DNA of 64,000 bases, taken from Callorhinchus milii (taxonomy: Eukaryota). Position 1 is the stretch's first letter. Each line of letters opens with the position of its first letter. The position numbers and the translations under genes were made by a program. Shown piece by piece: positions 27,119 to 40,796 of this stretch. The notes below the pieces were generated by a model. The model was not told the DNA's origin. It saw nothing but the letters and a program-made list of their open reading frames with translations, and searched no databases. Location of the stretch: assembly GCF_018977255.1 (NCBI RefSeq), contig NW_024704742.1:67086001-67150000 (forward strand), in the 5' to 3' direction.

Positions 27119-28049
27119 AATACCTGCAAAGCACTTGAAATATTTTAAAGCGCTAAGGCTCTGTAAAAACAAGGCACTGTAGATCCTGTGAAGCGTTTTG
27201 AGATGCCTCAACAAGGTGATAAGGCACTATAATAATAATAATCCTTGCATTTGATAAAGTGCTTCACACAATATACTGTAAAGTGAATTGACTGTATGTT
27301 TTGTGGGCTAGATCAAATGCAAGGATTATTATTAATATAATTATCAAACACGAATGCTCCCTTTTCTTTCTTCTTTCTTGCAGTCTTCCAGGAAAATCTG
27401 GGTAGAAATTCCTTCACACTAACAACTGCAAGCCATACTCAGCAGCTAGCAAATGAAGTGAGGCACAACATCAAGAAATATTTCTGGTTATGGACTGTAA
27501 GCAGAGCATTCAATTAAACCATTCACATCAGGCGCTGTGCTGACCTAAGCATATTTTTTCAGGCAGCCAAACCAACTGGAATGAATATAAATTGCTATAT
27601 TAAATTACTTGCTGGCTGCAAGTTCACCTACCAGTGAAAATGATCTTGTCTCGCGCCCTCCAAAAGACGAGGACATTGCCAATGGTAAACCCTAGCTTTG
27701 TAGGCATATGTTGCCTATGAGGGGTGTTGGTAGTAAATCGGAAGAAATTATTTCAACTGGCTGTTGAGTCAGTCTCTGTAGGGGCTCAATTTTTGATAGT
27801 TATAATAATAACAATAATGCTTATTACATTTGGTATAGCACCTTTTCATATCTGGAGGATGCCCCAAAGCACTTCACAGGATACACTGTGTGTTTTGTGG
27901 ATGAACACGGCAGCTAACTTACAAGTTAATGTCCCACAAATAGTCATGAAACAAACGATTATTTGGGGGAATTTTGGTCAGGACTGGGAGAAACTCTTCC
28001 CTCAAATAGTGCCATGGGATCTTGAATAGAAATAATAATAACTTGAAAT

Positions 28050-28406
28050 AATAATTCCTTGCATTTGATGTAGAACCTTATCACATCTTTGAGACATCAC
28101 CAAGTGCTTCACAAAATATAGTGCAAAGTGAATTGACTGTATATTTTGTGGGCGAAATGCGGAAGCCAATTGCGCACAACAGTGTCCTACAAACAGTCGT
28201 GGAATGAGTGACCATATTATTATTGTTTTTTNGAAGGGATTATTACCCCGTAAAAAGCAATCCGCCAATCAACTAACAACTGGATGGGTACTTACTGCTA
28301 GATAAACAGTGGCATGTGGAGTAAGGAAACTAGCCTGATGGAAAATAAACCCAGTTCCTCTCGCTTATGAGATGAGTGCTATAACCAATTCACTGCAGGA
28401 CTCCAC
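28050..28406 (-). mobile_element. tRNA-derived SINE, long form
   Basis: Reverse complement of the long-form SINE; contains an ambiguous base n at 28232. Confidence 0.85.
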
Positions 28407-28867
28407 AAACATCTGCCTGAACAAGCAGACGGGACCTCAGTTACTATCTTATTTGAAGGTAGCTAACAAACGAACATTTGGGGAATTTTTTTTACACATA
28501 CAATTGTTAGGATATGGAATGCCCTGCCGGGAACACGGGGTGAGGCAGAATCCATGGTAGCTTCCAAAAGGGAATTAAATGGATATCTAACAATGGTGTA
28601 AACTACAGGGGGATGCAGGGGGAAAAGGTCGGTTAATGGGACTGCAAGAGTTGCTCTTTAAAAAACACGCAAGACTGAATGGCCTTTTTCTGTGCTGTAA
28701 ATTGCTAATGTTTCTGTGTCATAGAGAATGCGCAGTAATATCCTAGCTGAATTTATAATCTTGCTGGAATTCAGGAGAAAAGTAACACCATATCATTCAA
28801 ATGATAATTAATAAATATTATAATGAAATATATGATATATAGCACCTAGTCACATCATTGAAACAAG

Positions 28868-29290
28868 ACTTGGGGACCCGAGAGTGTGTGTTGGGGTGCT
28901 GCTGTGGTTAAAACCGCATGGCTTGCCATTGATATTGCTGTCCGGGAAGCTTTCCCACAGCTTGTCCAGCTAGGACCACCCTACAAGCTTTGGCTTGCAG
29001 AGTTAACAGGAGCTGAGTGGGATGACTCCCTGCCCCCAGCGGACTGGTCTGCCCTATCAGGGTCTGCCAACGAACTAGGCTGGCTGTGCTGTCATCAGCA
29101 GTGCCCTGGAATACTGTGGACCCGCCTGGCTCAGGAAACGGACTACCGAGACAGCCATGGAGGGCTGGCTCGATTCTGACGTTCTGTTGCCAGGCATGTC
29201 ACCATGGAGCCAGTTCAGCTTTACGGAGATCCCGCTTGTACCAGTGTAGGCAGCAGAACAGACCAGCACCAATATCAAACAAAGAACTGG
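28868..29290 (-). repeat. Family X fragment
   Basis: Reverse complement aligns to 47745-48090 and 26754-26875. Confidence 0.75.
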
Positions 29291-29299
29291 ACAGGTTCC

Positions 29300-29616
29300 T
29301 AATAATAATGATAATAATCCTTGCATTTGATATAGTGCTTTTCAGGTCTTCGAGACGTCTCAAAGCGCTTCACAGAATATACTGTAAAGTGAATTTACTG
29401 CATATTTGTGGGCGAAACATGGCAACCAATTGCGCACAGCAGTGTCCCACACACAATCGTGGATTGAAATGACCAATTTATTATTGTTTTTTTTTGAGGG
29501 ATTATTATCAGGCGTGAGGAGTAAGGAAACTTGCCCAAGGTTTCGCTCTGCCGGGAATCAAACCCAGGTCTCTCACTTGCGAGGCTAGTGCTCTAACCAC
29601 TGAGCCACAAGTCTCC
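29300..29616 (-). mobile_element. tRNA-derived SINE, short form with intermediate tail
   Basis: Short body with the older gagacgtctcgaagac-type tail. Confidence 0.9.
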
Positions 29617-31684
29617 TGTCAGTTCAATTAACTCAGGGTAGTTCACTTTATAATCTGTTCATTTCATTTTGCCTGGAAATGTCCAGAAGTGCTTCACTGG
29701 CAATTGTTGTAAAGTGTAGTGACTGTGTATTTGTAAGACAACCTAATGTGTCCCACAAACAGCCATGAAGTCCCACAAACTCTTTAATGTCCAACTAAAC
29801 AGGCAGGTGGGACCTCAGCTTAATGTCCCATCCTAAGGATGGCACCTCCAGCAAGGCTGAGCTCCCTCAGCACTGCATTGGAGGTCAGCCTGTACTGGAG
29901 TTCAGAGTCCTGATGGGGTGGGGGGGGGGGGGGGGGGGGCTTGAATCCGTTGTCAGTGACTTGCCCATTTATTACCTAAGTAACAACTTCCTCCAAATCT
30001 TCATGTTTCAACAACATCTACTTGCATTTATACAGCGCCCTACATGTGGGTAGCGTCTCAGAGCACTTAACAGTGTTCCCTTGGCATCCAACAAGATCAG
30101 ATCAATCAACCACCTGTCTTCGGTTGATTCAACCCTCCAAGACACTGCCCAGAAGAGCACTAGACACATGTAAGTTGTTGTTGTTCATAATGTGTCTCTG
30201 GAGGGTCTCTCTCTCCTCAGGTTTTCTTACATTTCTAACCAGCGGGACTGGCAAGTCGCATCAGATGTTAAACCGATGACCTTTCAACCACTTTGTCCTC
30301 GGTCTTTGGAACTTCCTCTCTGAACCCCTCTGCCTCGCATCCTCCTTCTCTGCTTTCAATACCCTTCTAAAAAGCATGCCTATTTGACTGTGCCAACAGG
30401 TTCAACACAAGTGTTGATGAAACATATCTGTGCTGCTCTTTATATGTCCCTTAAGCCAGTTCATAACCACATTTAGAGTTGCATAGAGTGATATAGTCCG
30501 AAAAACAGTCCAATTGACCCAACTAGCCCAAGCTGATGTTTATATTCTACACATGCTTCCACTCCTCCTATACCCCTCTATTCCCTTTGCATAGGAACAT
30601 AGGAATTGCTGGACAATAAAAGACCAAGGACCATCTAATTCACCTTCTCCCACCTTGGCAGTCACAATCCTGCAATAATGGAGATGTTGATACCAATTAA
30701 TTCTGTATGGATTAGACTACAACACAGTGGAAAGCTTAGATCCAAAGTTGCCTGGTTCTTCCAAGAAAACTACACTTGCTATATGTCATGTCTCAAAATT
30801 ACTGTATCCCTTAAATATAATTTTCTAAAAGAAATGTATCTAATTTGTATTTGAATGAATAGTATTTGAATCAATATTGAATGAATACCTGCATACCTTT
30901 TGAATTCGCTCTTGACTATGCATCGTTATTTTTCTTACACCTAATCTCTTCTCTTACACTTTTCTCACACATTTCACCCAGTGTTTTCTAACGGTGACAC
31001 TGACTGAACTATGTTATCTCAACGTGGTACGTAATCTTATGAGAAACAGCAAATTATTGCTTCTAATCTCAAGTCGTGTTTCCATTTTTCTTCATGTTCT
31101 GCAGTTACTTGCTCACATTCCAGTTAAATGGCCTGCTATTATTCATGTCTTCTCAGCGCATCAGAATCCTACATCACGTCCCCTCTGATTTATTCTCCAT
31201 AGCAAAAAACAAGTTCAGTTCCGCAGTCTCAAATCCCATGTTGCTCTCCTCCGTAGCTTTCCTCATTACATCAGTGCTCTTCTGATGGTTTTATGCCTAA
31301 AACTACACAGCGTTTGATAGATGGTCTCAACACATCTCATCACAAGGTTAGAATAACCTACATTGATTCATAGTCAAATGTCCTTGAAATGCATCCCAGT
31401 GCTTGAGCAGCCATGTGGTTAACAGCTTCGGTGACTGTGTGTTTGGACTGAACGGTGGTCTGCAAATCACACCCACGTCATTTTATCTCTCTGCCTTTGC
31501 AAGCAGACCCCACCCATCCTTTCATGACATGAATGTTTACCGTATTCCTGGCCAGTCATGATTAATCTTCCACTTATCTAAAATAACGATAAGCTTTGTA
31601 TTTGACGTAGTACCCTGTCAAGTCATCAAGACGTCTCAAAGCGCTGTGCAGGATTTACTGTAAAGCTACAGGACTCCATTTACT

Positions 31685-32008
31685 GTGGAGTCCTGTAGCT
31701 CAGTGGTTAGAGCACTCGCTTTGCAAGTGAGAGACCTGAGTTCAATTCCAGGCAGAGGGCGAAACCTTGGGCAAGTTTCCTTACTCCACACAGAGCCTAA
31801 TAATAATCCCTCCAAAACCAAAAACAATAATAAATTGGTCATTTTCAATCTACGACTGTTTGTGGGACATTGCTGTGCACAATTGGCTGCCGCGTTCGCC
31901 CACAAACATACAGTCAATTCACTTTACAGTGTGTTCTGTGAAGCGCTTTGGGACGTCCTCCCGACGTGAAAAGTGCTATATATCAAAATGCAAGGATTAT
32001 TACTATTA
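31685..32008 (+). mobile_element. tRNA(Ala)-derived SINE, young short form, inserted in an older minus-strand SINE
   Basis: Full head to (TAT)n tail; gtaaag occurs on both flanks. Confidence 0.95.
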
Positions 32009-32414
32009 GTAAAGTGAAGTGACTGTATTTTGTAAGTGAACACAGCAGCCAATTTGCATTCTGCAGTGCCCCACAAACAGCCTTGAAGTGAGTGACCAAT
32101 TAATATTTGAAGAATTGTTGCCCAGGACACCAGGAGAAACTCCCTTCTCTTTTCATATAGTGCTAAGGGATCACTAACCTGGACAGGCAGACAGGATCTC
32201 AGACTAATGTCTCATCTGAAGGATGCCACTTCTTTTCTCTCCAATTTGATTGATTAAAAACCCGAATCTTTATCGGTATCAAGATGGTGTCCAATTCTTG
32301 ACACCAAAAATAGACATAATCCACCCTCCCTGATGAGAATAATTTTTTTTCTGGATAAAAGATATCCACAAAATATAACATTACATGTCCTGAAGAATGT
32401 TTTTACTAATAATA

Positions 32415-32782
32415 GGAGTCCAGTAGCGTAGTGGTAAGCGCACTCGCCTCGCAGGTGTGAGGACCTGGTTTCGAATCCCAGGCAGGGAGAAACCTTAGGC
32501 AAGTTTCCATACTCCACACACATACCTCTGTTTACTTCGCAGGAAGTAGGAACCTGTTTATTTGGCGATTAGCAGATCGCTTTCTGGATGTCAATGATCC
32601 CCCCCTCCCTCAAACAATAATAATAATTTGGTCACTCAATCCACAGCTGTTTGTCGGACACTGCTGTGCACATTTTGCCCACAAAGTCAGTCCACTTTAC
32701 AGTATATCCAGTGAAGTGGTTTGAGATGTCTCAACAATGTGTTAAGGTGCTATATCAAATGCAAGGATTATTATTATTATAA
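32415..32782 (+). mobile_element. tRNA-derived SINE, long form
   Basis: Head with ctcgcctcgcag anticodon arm and ggtttcgaatcc B box; full body and tail. Confidence 0.88.
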
Positions 32783-33047
32783 TATTTTAGAAAAAGGAGA
32801 ATGCGTACTTCAATGCATTCCATGATTTAGGAATTTGATAATTCCACATTTCTGTTAAGAAATCTTTCAAGAAATAGAGGAAAGTGAGAACCCAACTTTC
32901 CCAATGTGCCCTGACCAGGGATCTGCCAACAGGTTAGAATAACTACCATTGAATTTAGTTGAATGCTTTCAGGACACAATCTTCATCTTACGTTAAGGCT
33001 ATGTGGTTTTAGTTAGTTAGGTTCCAGCAATTATCCCAATGCACAGC

Positions 33048-33262
33048 CTGGGACCCCCAAGCCCTGGCTCTTGCTAACCGGGCCTAATACTTTCTGGAAT
33101 TCGATAAGCAGGATGCAGTCCTCCAGGGAGAGAATGCATATTCCATTCCAACAATTTATCTCTGGAAGAGATAGGATGCATGGAATTATCAGTTTGGTTT
33201 AGATCCTCTTAAGCATGGTGATGGGTTTCTGCATGTGTCAGACACCCGGCTGACCAAAAAAA
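33048..33262 (+). repeat. Family X terminal fragment
   Basis: Ends ...gtgtcagacacccggctgacc(A)8. Confidence 0.75.
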
Positions 33263-34276
33263 ATAGAACTCGGTCATTCACACCATAGGCGGTTTGTGGA
33301 ACGTTGAGTTCACAAACATTACTGTCGCGTTGGCCTCACTAAAGCAATCAGAGTTGCACACATGACAGCGATTACTATAAGAAGCTTTGAGATGTTTTGA
33401 GATGAGAGAGCATTGAAGAAATTAAACTCCTTTCCTTCTGCACGGAAGCCTTCCTGACTCCGGTGGAGGGCTGCAAGCTGACCAGAGGTGAACGAGTGGA
33501 ACTTTTACTGTGTGCATCTGCTTGTTAAATACCTTGTAAAAAGCTTTAAACATTGTCAATGAGGTGGATGGTATGTGTCAGCTACTTCACATCGTCCTCC
33601 CGACGTGAAAGGCGCTATACAAATGTAATCTTGTTGTTGTTGTTGAATACCTGCACAACGTAACATCTATGAGGCTGCATGTGAACAAATCCACAGTTTA
33701 CAATGTTGTCTCTCTGGCGTTTTAAGGAAGAGTTACAACTTGAGACAAAAGTCATCAAATCATCTGCAAGGATATAAGAATCCTATCGAGTCAAAAACTC
33801 TGACGAGACTGGAGGAAGTTTTATTAGGTATTAGAATTCCTGAAGCCCTGCTAATTTTGCAAAGTTCGACCACATCCTCAAAGGGCGGTTAAGGTGCTGG
33901 AGGCTCCTGGCTCCTATCACCCAGCGAGTGCTCTGTTTCTGTGGAAACTCGCCTCTGATCCTCGTGCTTCGGGTAATGGGAAACAAGAATTGTTTGAACC
34001 GTCTTGTGACACTTCATACTGTGCTGTTTCATCTTGTTCACTGCGCCCTGACTTACATCATTGCTCCACTTTATGTTCTGTGCCTCTCAACAGTGTGGCC
34101 AACCTCCTCCAGGCCCCTGAATTCAACGCTGCTCATTCCTCACTCCCCTTCAAACTCCTTTTGCATACCTGTTTGCAGTGTGTCAGCCAGATCAGATTGA
34201 ACTTGCCAAGGGGGAAACTGAAAGAGATCTAGGAGTGTTCGTTAACTTGATGCTCACCATCACACTGTTTAGACAT

Positions 34277-35310
34277 ATAATAATCCTCGCATTTGATATA
34301 GCGCTTTTCACATGGCAGCCAATTGCGTACAGCAGTGTCCCACAAACAGACGTGGATTGAGTGACCAAATTATTATTATTATTTTTTTCTGGAAAGATTA
34401 TTATCCCTGGAAAGCAATTTGCCAATCGACTAACAACCAGGTTCCTACTTACTGTTAGATAAACAGAGGGCTGTGGAGTAGGGAAACTTGCCTAAGATTT
34501 TACCCTACCCAGAAATTGAACCCAGGTTCTCTCGCTTGCAAGGCGAGTGCTCTAACCAATACGTTGTGGGATTCCACATTCACCAATATTGGAAGCTGCA
34601 GAAATGAGGCACCTTGGGAGCCTTAGAAAGGGATTAGTCTTGCGAGCTGCAGCCTCCACATGAGAAATGAGACTTGAATTAGAGAGCAGCTGGTCACCTG
34701 GGCTGAGGAAGTAGCTGGGTGATTAATGGTGAGAGCCCCATAAGGCTGGACTCAGGACCTAATTGAAAGTTATAGCCTCGTGTTACAAACAATTTGCCTC
34801 ATGACGTGCAGTTTGGATACCGCGGTGCCGTTGATTGAAACCACATTGGGGTAGATGCAAAGCAGACGTTAGCATTATCAGCCTCTGATGGATAGCATAC
34901 CTCAAGGACCATAGCTCTTTAACATCCAATAACTACTAGTACTACTAATAATAATCCTTGCATTTGATACAGCCACTTATCACATCGTTGAGACATCTCA
35001 AAGCGCTTCACAGAACATACTATAAAGTGAATTGACTATATATTTTGTGGGTGAAACATGGCAGCCAATTGCACACAACATAGTCCCACAAATAGTCGTG
35101 GAATGAGCGACCAAATTTTTTTTTAAGGGATTATTACCACCGGAAAAACGTTCTGCCAATCGACTGACAACCGGGTTCCTACTACTGCTGGATAAACTGA
35201 GGTTTGTGATGTAAGGAAACTTGCCTACGGTTTTGCCCTGCGAAGGAATTGAACCCGGGTCCTCTTGTTTGCAAGGCAAGCACTCTGAGCAATACACCAC
35301 AGAATTACAC
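34277..35310 (-). mobile_element. Two long-form SINE copies (34277-34577 and 34945-35310)
   Basis: Reverse-complement matches to the long form. Confidence 0.85.
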
Positions 35311-35417
35311 TACTTTCAGATGATGTGGACACTAGGCAGTCGGCAACAGTGGGGAGCATTGTGATGGCTGGTTAAGAAACAACATCTTGCATTTATATAG
35401 CACCCTTCATGCAAGAT

Positions 35418-35739
35418 GTGGAGTCCTGTAGCTCAGTGGTTAGAGCACTCGCTTTGCAAGCGAGAGACCTGAGTTCAATTCCAGGCAGAGGGCGAAACCT
35501 TGGGCAAGTTTCCTTACTCCACACGCCTAATAATAATCCCTCCAAAACAAAAAACAATAATAAATTGGTCATTTTCAATCTACGACTGTTTGTGGGACAT
35601 CGCTGTGCGCAATTGGCTGCCGCGTTCGCCCACAAATATACAGTCAATTCACTTTACAGTGTGTTCTGTTAAGCGCTTTGGGACGTCCTCCCGACGTGAA
35701 AAGCGCTATATCAAATGCAAGGATTATTATTATTATTAT
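35418..35739 (+). mobile_element. tRNA(Ala)-derived SINE, young short form with 5-bp TSD, inserted in a minus-strand L2 tail
   Basis: A box TAGCTCAGTGG, anticodon arm CTCGC-TTTGCAA-GCGAG, B box GAGTTCAATTCC; AAGAT at 35413-35417 and 35740-35744. Confidence 0.96.
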
Positions 35740-37355
35740 AAGATAACATCTCGGAATGCTGCACAATGGTGGGGTTGGACACTGAGCAAGGAAGAGGTTG
35801 GAGGAGGAGGTGACGTAAGTGCGGTCAAAGATGTAAGTCTTAAGGAGAGATTTATAGATAGATAAAGAGGGGGTGAGGTGGAGGGATTGAAGTAGGGAGT
35901 TCCAGAGGTTAGGTGCGAAGCGGAATGTCTCAAAGATGTTACAGTCATCGTTGTCAAGCGTTGGAACCATATTGCGCAAAGCAACGTCTCACAATCAACC
36001 ACGTGGTGAATGAACACATTTTTATCTGAGGGATTGGTGGCCAGACCACAGCAAGAGAAACTCCTATTTCTGTGTTTCACCCACAAAATACACAATCAAT
36101 CTACTTTACAGTATATCCTGTGAAGCACTTTGAGGCATGTCAATAACGTGATAAGGCACTATATCAAATGCAAGGATTATAATTATTAGTAGTAGTAATA
36201 ACTGCAGTAGTGTACAAGGTGATGTTCGGGGGAGAATGTATTGGTATTGGATTGCTCCAATATATTGATGGAAAGGTGTGATCTCAGTACCCCACCTGAG
36301 ACAATTTCATCATATGTCTGCCCTTGTTACAATTGCAACAAATTACATTTGTAAAGCGCCTTTCATGTTGGGAGGATGTTCCAACGTGCTGGACAGTCAG
36401 GGATTTGGACCCGAGCAAGGTGGAGGGCAGGGCCTAGGGGTAGGAGGATGACCCAAGGTACGGGCGAACAGATGTGCCTTAAAGGAGGCAAGAGAGGGAG
36501 CGAGGTGGTGCCTCCAAGGGTAGGGGCAGAAAGTCTGAATGCCCGACTGCCGATACTAGGGCGAGCTGAGCAGTGGATGTGGAGCAGACCGGAACCTGCT
36601 GAGTGGAGGGAGTGACAGATCAATATAGCAATTTATTACAGTTAAAATAGAAAAAAGTCCCACAGAAAATAGATATTAATAATAATCCTTGCATTTGATA
36701 TAGTGCCTTATCACACCGTTGAGACGTCTCAAAGCGCTTCACAGAATATGTTGTAAAGTGGATTGATTGGGTATTTAGTGGGCATATATTAATGAGCTGT
36801 TAATATGTGTCTAACCCAAAGGTCAGCACCTCTGACAATGCAGCTCTGTCCTCGCCTTGCCTTGTCTGGTCCTTATGGTGTCCAGCTGGTACAGGCATAA
36901 CAAAGGATGCACATTGCCAAATGCGATATGGAGCCCAAGTGAATGATGGCACTGCTTCAAACTGTGCAGGTATCCCAGAGCTCTGCTCTCCAACTGATGT
37001 TCGGCCAAACTGCGGATAACCCTGAGGTTCACCTCTAGCACCTGAAAGCGTTTTGCAAAGACAGGCGTCTTTAGTTAGTCCTGAGTTCGACATTACTTCA
37101 CAGTCTTGGCATTCGCCATGGAAACAGCAAAGAATCCCTCTAATGTGTCTTTCTTCGCCCGTTATTGACTGCCATTTAACATTTGCAGCTCAGGAATGCC
37201 GATTTGTTTTGAAGATGGACGGGCAGATGTTTAACATTTTGTTCGGTTACATTTGTGCTGTAATTTATTTGCCTTTCCAAGAAAATACGAGGTGAAAGGA
37301 GCACAATTATTGATAGCTATGACAATACCCAAACCAGCTTTAGGATTTTCCTTTG

Positions 37356-37640
37356 CAGGGTGTTCACAAAGTCCTGTTAACCCCGTTATTTTCTCTACAG
37401 TGCACTGACCAACAACTGAAACACGTGGAAGGATGATGATAATATGTATTAAGAAGTACTTCTTTGTATTCAGTGCAAGTGTTTAACTGTATTTAGACGG
37501 CCAGAGGATGGGTGTGTGTGAGTGCCATTATTTTCATGGCAAATAATGATTCGTCATTATGTTCGGTGCGACTTCATCCATGACATAATGGAGTGAGGAG
37601 GAAGTTAAACAGGGGTTAACAGGACTTTGTGGACACAATG
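37356..37640 (-). mobile_element. Tc1/mariner-derived MITE (285 bp)
   Basis: ~32-bp TIRs cagggtgttcacaaagtcctgttaaccccgtt / aacaggggttaacaggactttgtggacacaatg; internal transposase C-terminal remnant on the minus strand. Confidence 0.85.
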
Positions 37641-38469
37641 CACACAAAAATCTTAGTCTTGACACCCATCTGAACAGGCAGACGGGACCTTGTGTTGGCA
37701 CCTGTGACAGTGCATTTCTCCCAATCCTGCTTTGGCTTTGAGCTCCACATGAGGCTATGACCTACAACCTCTGACGCAGAGGCAATTTGACCTGTCTGAT
37801 TGTGAAAGCTATTCTTTTGTTTCTGAGTCAACCTCTTGTAAGAATGATCATATGATGTAGCGCCTATAGCATCAAAGCATCTCAAAGCTATTAGGTAATT
37901 GCAGTCAAGGTGTAGCGATTGGATTTTTTGTAGGCAAACACAGCAGTCAATTTGAGCAGAGCATGGTCCCACAAACAGCCGTGAGGTGAACAACCAATTT
38001 TAACCTATGCTTGGGTAGCAGCGCAGCGAGGTGCAGTGTGGCTGATCACCATGGTTAAAGAGAGTAGCCGTGATGAACAAGTAGATAGATTAGGACTCTT
38101 CAGCCTTGAAAAGAGACGTTGAAAAGAGAGGATTCATATAGAGTTATATACATTGGTAAATGGAACTGAGAAAGTAAACCTAACTGAGAAAGGGACGCTG
38201 GCTGCCGCATTTTTGCCCACAAAATACACAATCAATCCACTTTACAATATATTCTGTGAATCACTTTGAGACGTCTCAATGATATGATAAGGCGCTGTAT
38301 CAAATGCAAGGATTATTATTATAAACCCAGAACATTACATTCACATACACTACGACAGCAAAACAAGACAACACAGGTTCAGGATTATGAAAGGGAAAGT
38401 TGAGGACAAACACCAGAGTCATTTTCTCTAGTCAGAGGGGAAATTAATAAATGGATCAGGTTGTCAGAA

Positions 38470-39150
38470 ATAGTGGTAGAATAGAATCACTCGTTTTGAA
38501 AGCAAGAGGATACGGGTTTGATTCTCGGGCAGGGCAAAACCTTAGACAAATTTTCTTACTCCACATACCTCTGTTTACCCAGCAGTTAGCGGAAACCTGG
38601 TTGTTACCGATTGGTGGATTGCTTTCTAGGAGTGATAATCCCTTCAAAATAAAATAATAATCTGGTCACTCAATCCACGACTGTTTGTGGGTCACTGCTG
38701 TTTGCAGTTGGCTGCCGCGTTTCACCCACAATATATAAGGTCAATTCACTTTACAATATATTCTGTGATATTTTGTGGAGTCCTGTAGCTCAGTGGTTAG
38801 AGCACTCGCTTTGCAAGCGAGAGATCTGAGTTCAATTCCAGGCAGGGCGAAACCTTGGGCAAGTTTCCTTACTCCACACGCCCAATAATAATCCCTCCAA
38901 AAAAAACAAAACAATAATAAATTGGTCATTTTCAATCTACGACTGTTTGTGGGACATTGCTGTGCGCAATTGGCTGCCGCGTTCGCCCACAAATATACAG
39001 TCAATTCACTTTACAGTGTGTTCTGTGAAGCGCTTTGGGACGTCCTCCCGACGTGAAAAGCGCTATATCAAATGCAAGGATTATTATTATTATTATTATT
39101 AAACGTTTTGAGACATCTCAACGATTTGATAAGGTGCTATATGCAAGGAT
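38470..39150 (+). mobile_element. Long-form SINE with a young short-form SINE (38775-39100) nested in its tail
   Basis: The host tail breaks at ttctgtga and resumes as aaacgttttgagac... at 39101. Confidence 0.92.
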
Positions 39151-40796
39151 TGCACACAGCGGAGTCCCACAAACAGTCGTGGATTGAATGACAATGCTTT
39201 TTTGATTATAACCCCCGGGGCAATAGGAAGAGGCATGTGGAATAAGGAAATGTGCCTAAGGTTTCGCGCCGCCCAGAAATCAAACCCGGGTCCTCTCAGT
39301 TGTGAAACAAGCAGGATCACAGCAAGGTGGGGAATAGTGGCCCTGGCATCGTAGTGGTTTCCAAGCTGTTAATATGTTAAAATGCGAACCTGTCAAATTC
39401 ACACTTTGGGAATCAATCAACTTTGGATATTTCCATGTAAATCCATTGTGCAAGGGATTGTTCCCAGGGCAATGCCTGAAACCAGGCAACCTCTCTCCAT
39501 TACAGCATTAATGCAATGGAACTGATATACGGAGAGCCTTTGTTCAACATATTGGCTTAGATCAGAACTGATCATGACTTTTATTGCAAACAGTACCTAG
39601 CCAGATGCGATGTGCTCTGGCACCAATAAGCAACTCATGTCTGGCTCTACATACCTCACTTGAGATGCACAGGTCATGGCACCAAATGTGCCCCAACTTC
39701 GAGGGAATAGTTTCCATCTGCTTTCCTTCAACTATATTACATTTTACATGACTATGATTTTAATTGACAATAAAATAGTGCTCACACAGTGGTCTGGTCC
39801 CACGTGGTTCAGGCAAGTGATATGCTGGATACAAAGGGACTCACAGTTACTGGGACACAATGTTAAGTTAACACTGATTGGTGTTAAGACAGATGTTCTC
39901 CCAACACAGCAGCCCTCTTGTGATTCTATGATCTGACCAAGAAATATTCAGCGATAGGCTCAGAAATGGGGGAACGATCTATCCTCCCAGCTTCCCAACC
40001 GAGGTGGTCAGGGGGAAAAAGCAAAGATGGAAAGGGGAAAATAAAAGTGCAACAATTGGTTTTAAATCTACTTGCCCATTTGGGAGTTGAAATATATAAC
40101 ATTTTTTTGCAGCTTCTAAGTGCTAATTATCCTTGAATTCATTAAGAAGCAGAGCATCTCTCACCCCTTGGTATTAACAAAAGCCTCCATTAGCTTTGAA
40201 GATTATTTTACTTATTATTTTAATAATATGGTCACTCAATCCATGACTGTTTGTGGGACATTGCTGTGTGCAATTAGCTGCCACGTTTTGGCCACAAAAT
40301 ATACAATCAATTCACTTTACAGTATATTTTATGAAGCGCTTTGAGACATCTCAACGACATGATAAGGCGCTATATCAAATGCAAGAATTATTATTATTAT
40401 TATTATTATCAAGTCCTTGGAGTTAGCAGTTCCCATAACAATGGAAAAGAACTTGTATTCTTGTAGCGTCTCATCAGATACATGTTTCTCAAAGCATTTC
40501 ACAGAATTGTTAAGTGGCGTGACTGTAATTATTTTGGAAGGGAAATTCAGCAGCGCACAGTTAAGTCCCACAAACAGCCACCAGATGACTTATTATTTTA
40601 ATAGTAATTCTTACATTTGATCCTTGCACCTTGTCATGTCGTGGAGATGTCTCAAAGCACTTCACAGAATATACTGTAAAGTGGATTGATTGTATATTTT
40701 GTGTGCGAAACGTGGCAGCCAATTGCCCACAGCAGTATCTGACAAAAAGTCACCAAAAAGAGTGACCAAATAGTTTTTTTTAAGGGAGTTTTAGGT

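Noticed and set aside
35420..35490. Possible tRNA-Ala(TGC) genes
   Set aside because: D and anticodon arms are present, but there is no acceptor-stem pairing and each copy runs into the SINE body.
36800..37295. Overlapping Cys-rich short ORFs in unique sequence
   Set aside because: No recognisable domain and no convincing splice-site pair.
31666..39004. Recurring 80-95 aa ORFs (MTVYLWANAAANCAQQ..., [13 protein letters not shown]...)
   Set aside because: Translations of near-identical SINE copies on both strands, not a gene family.
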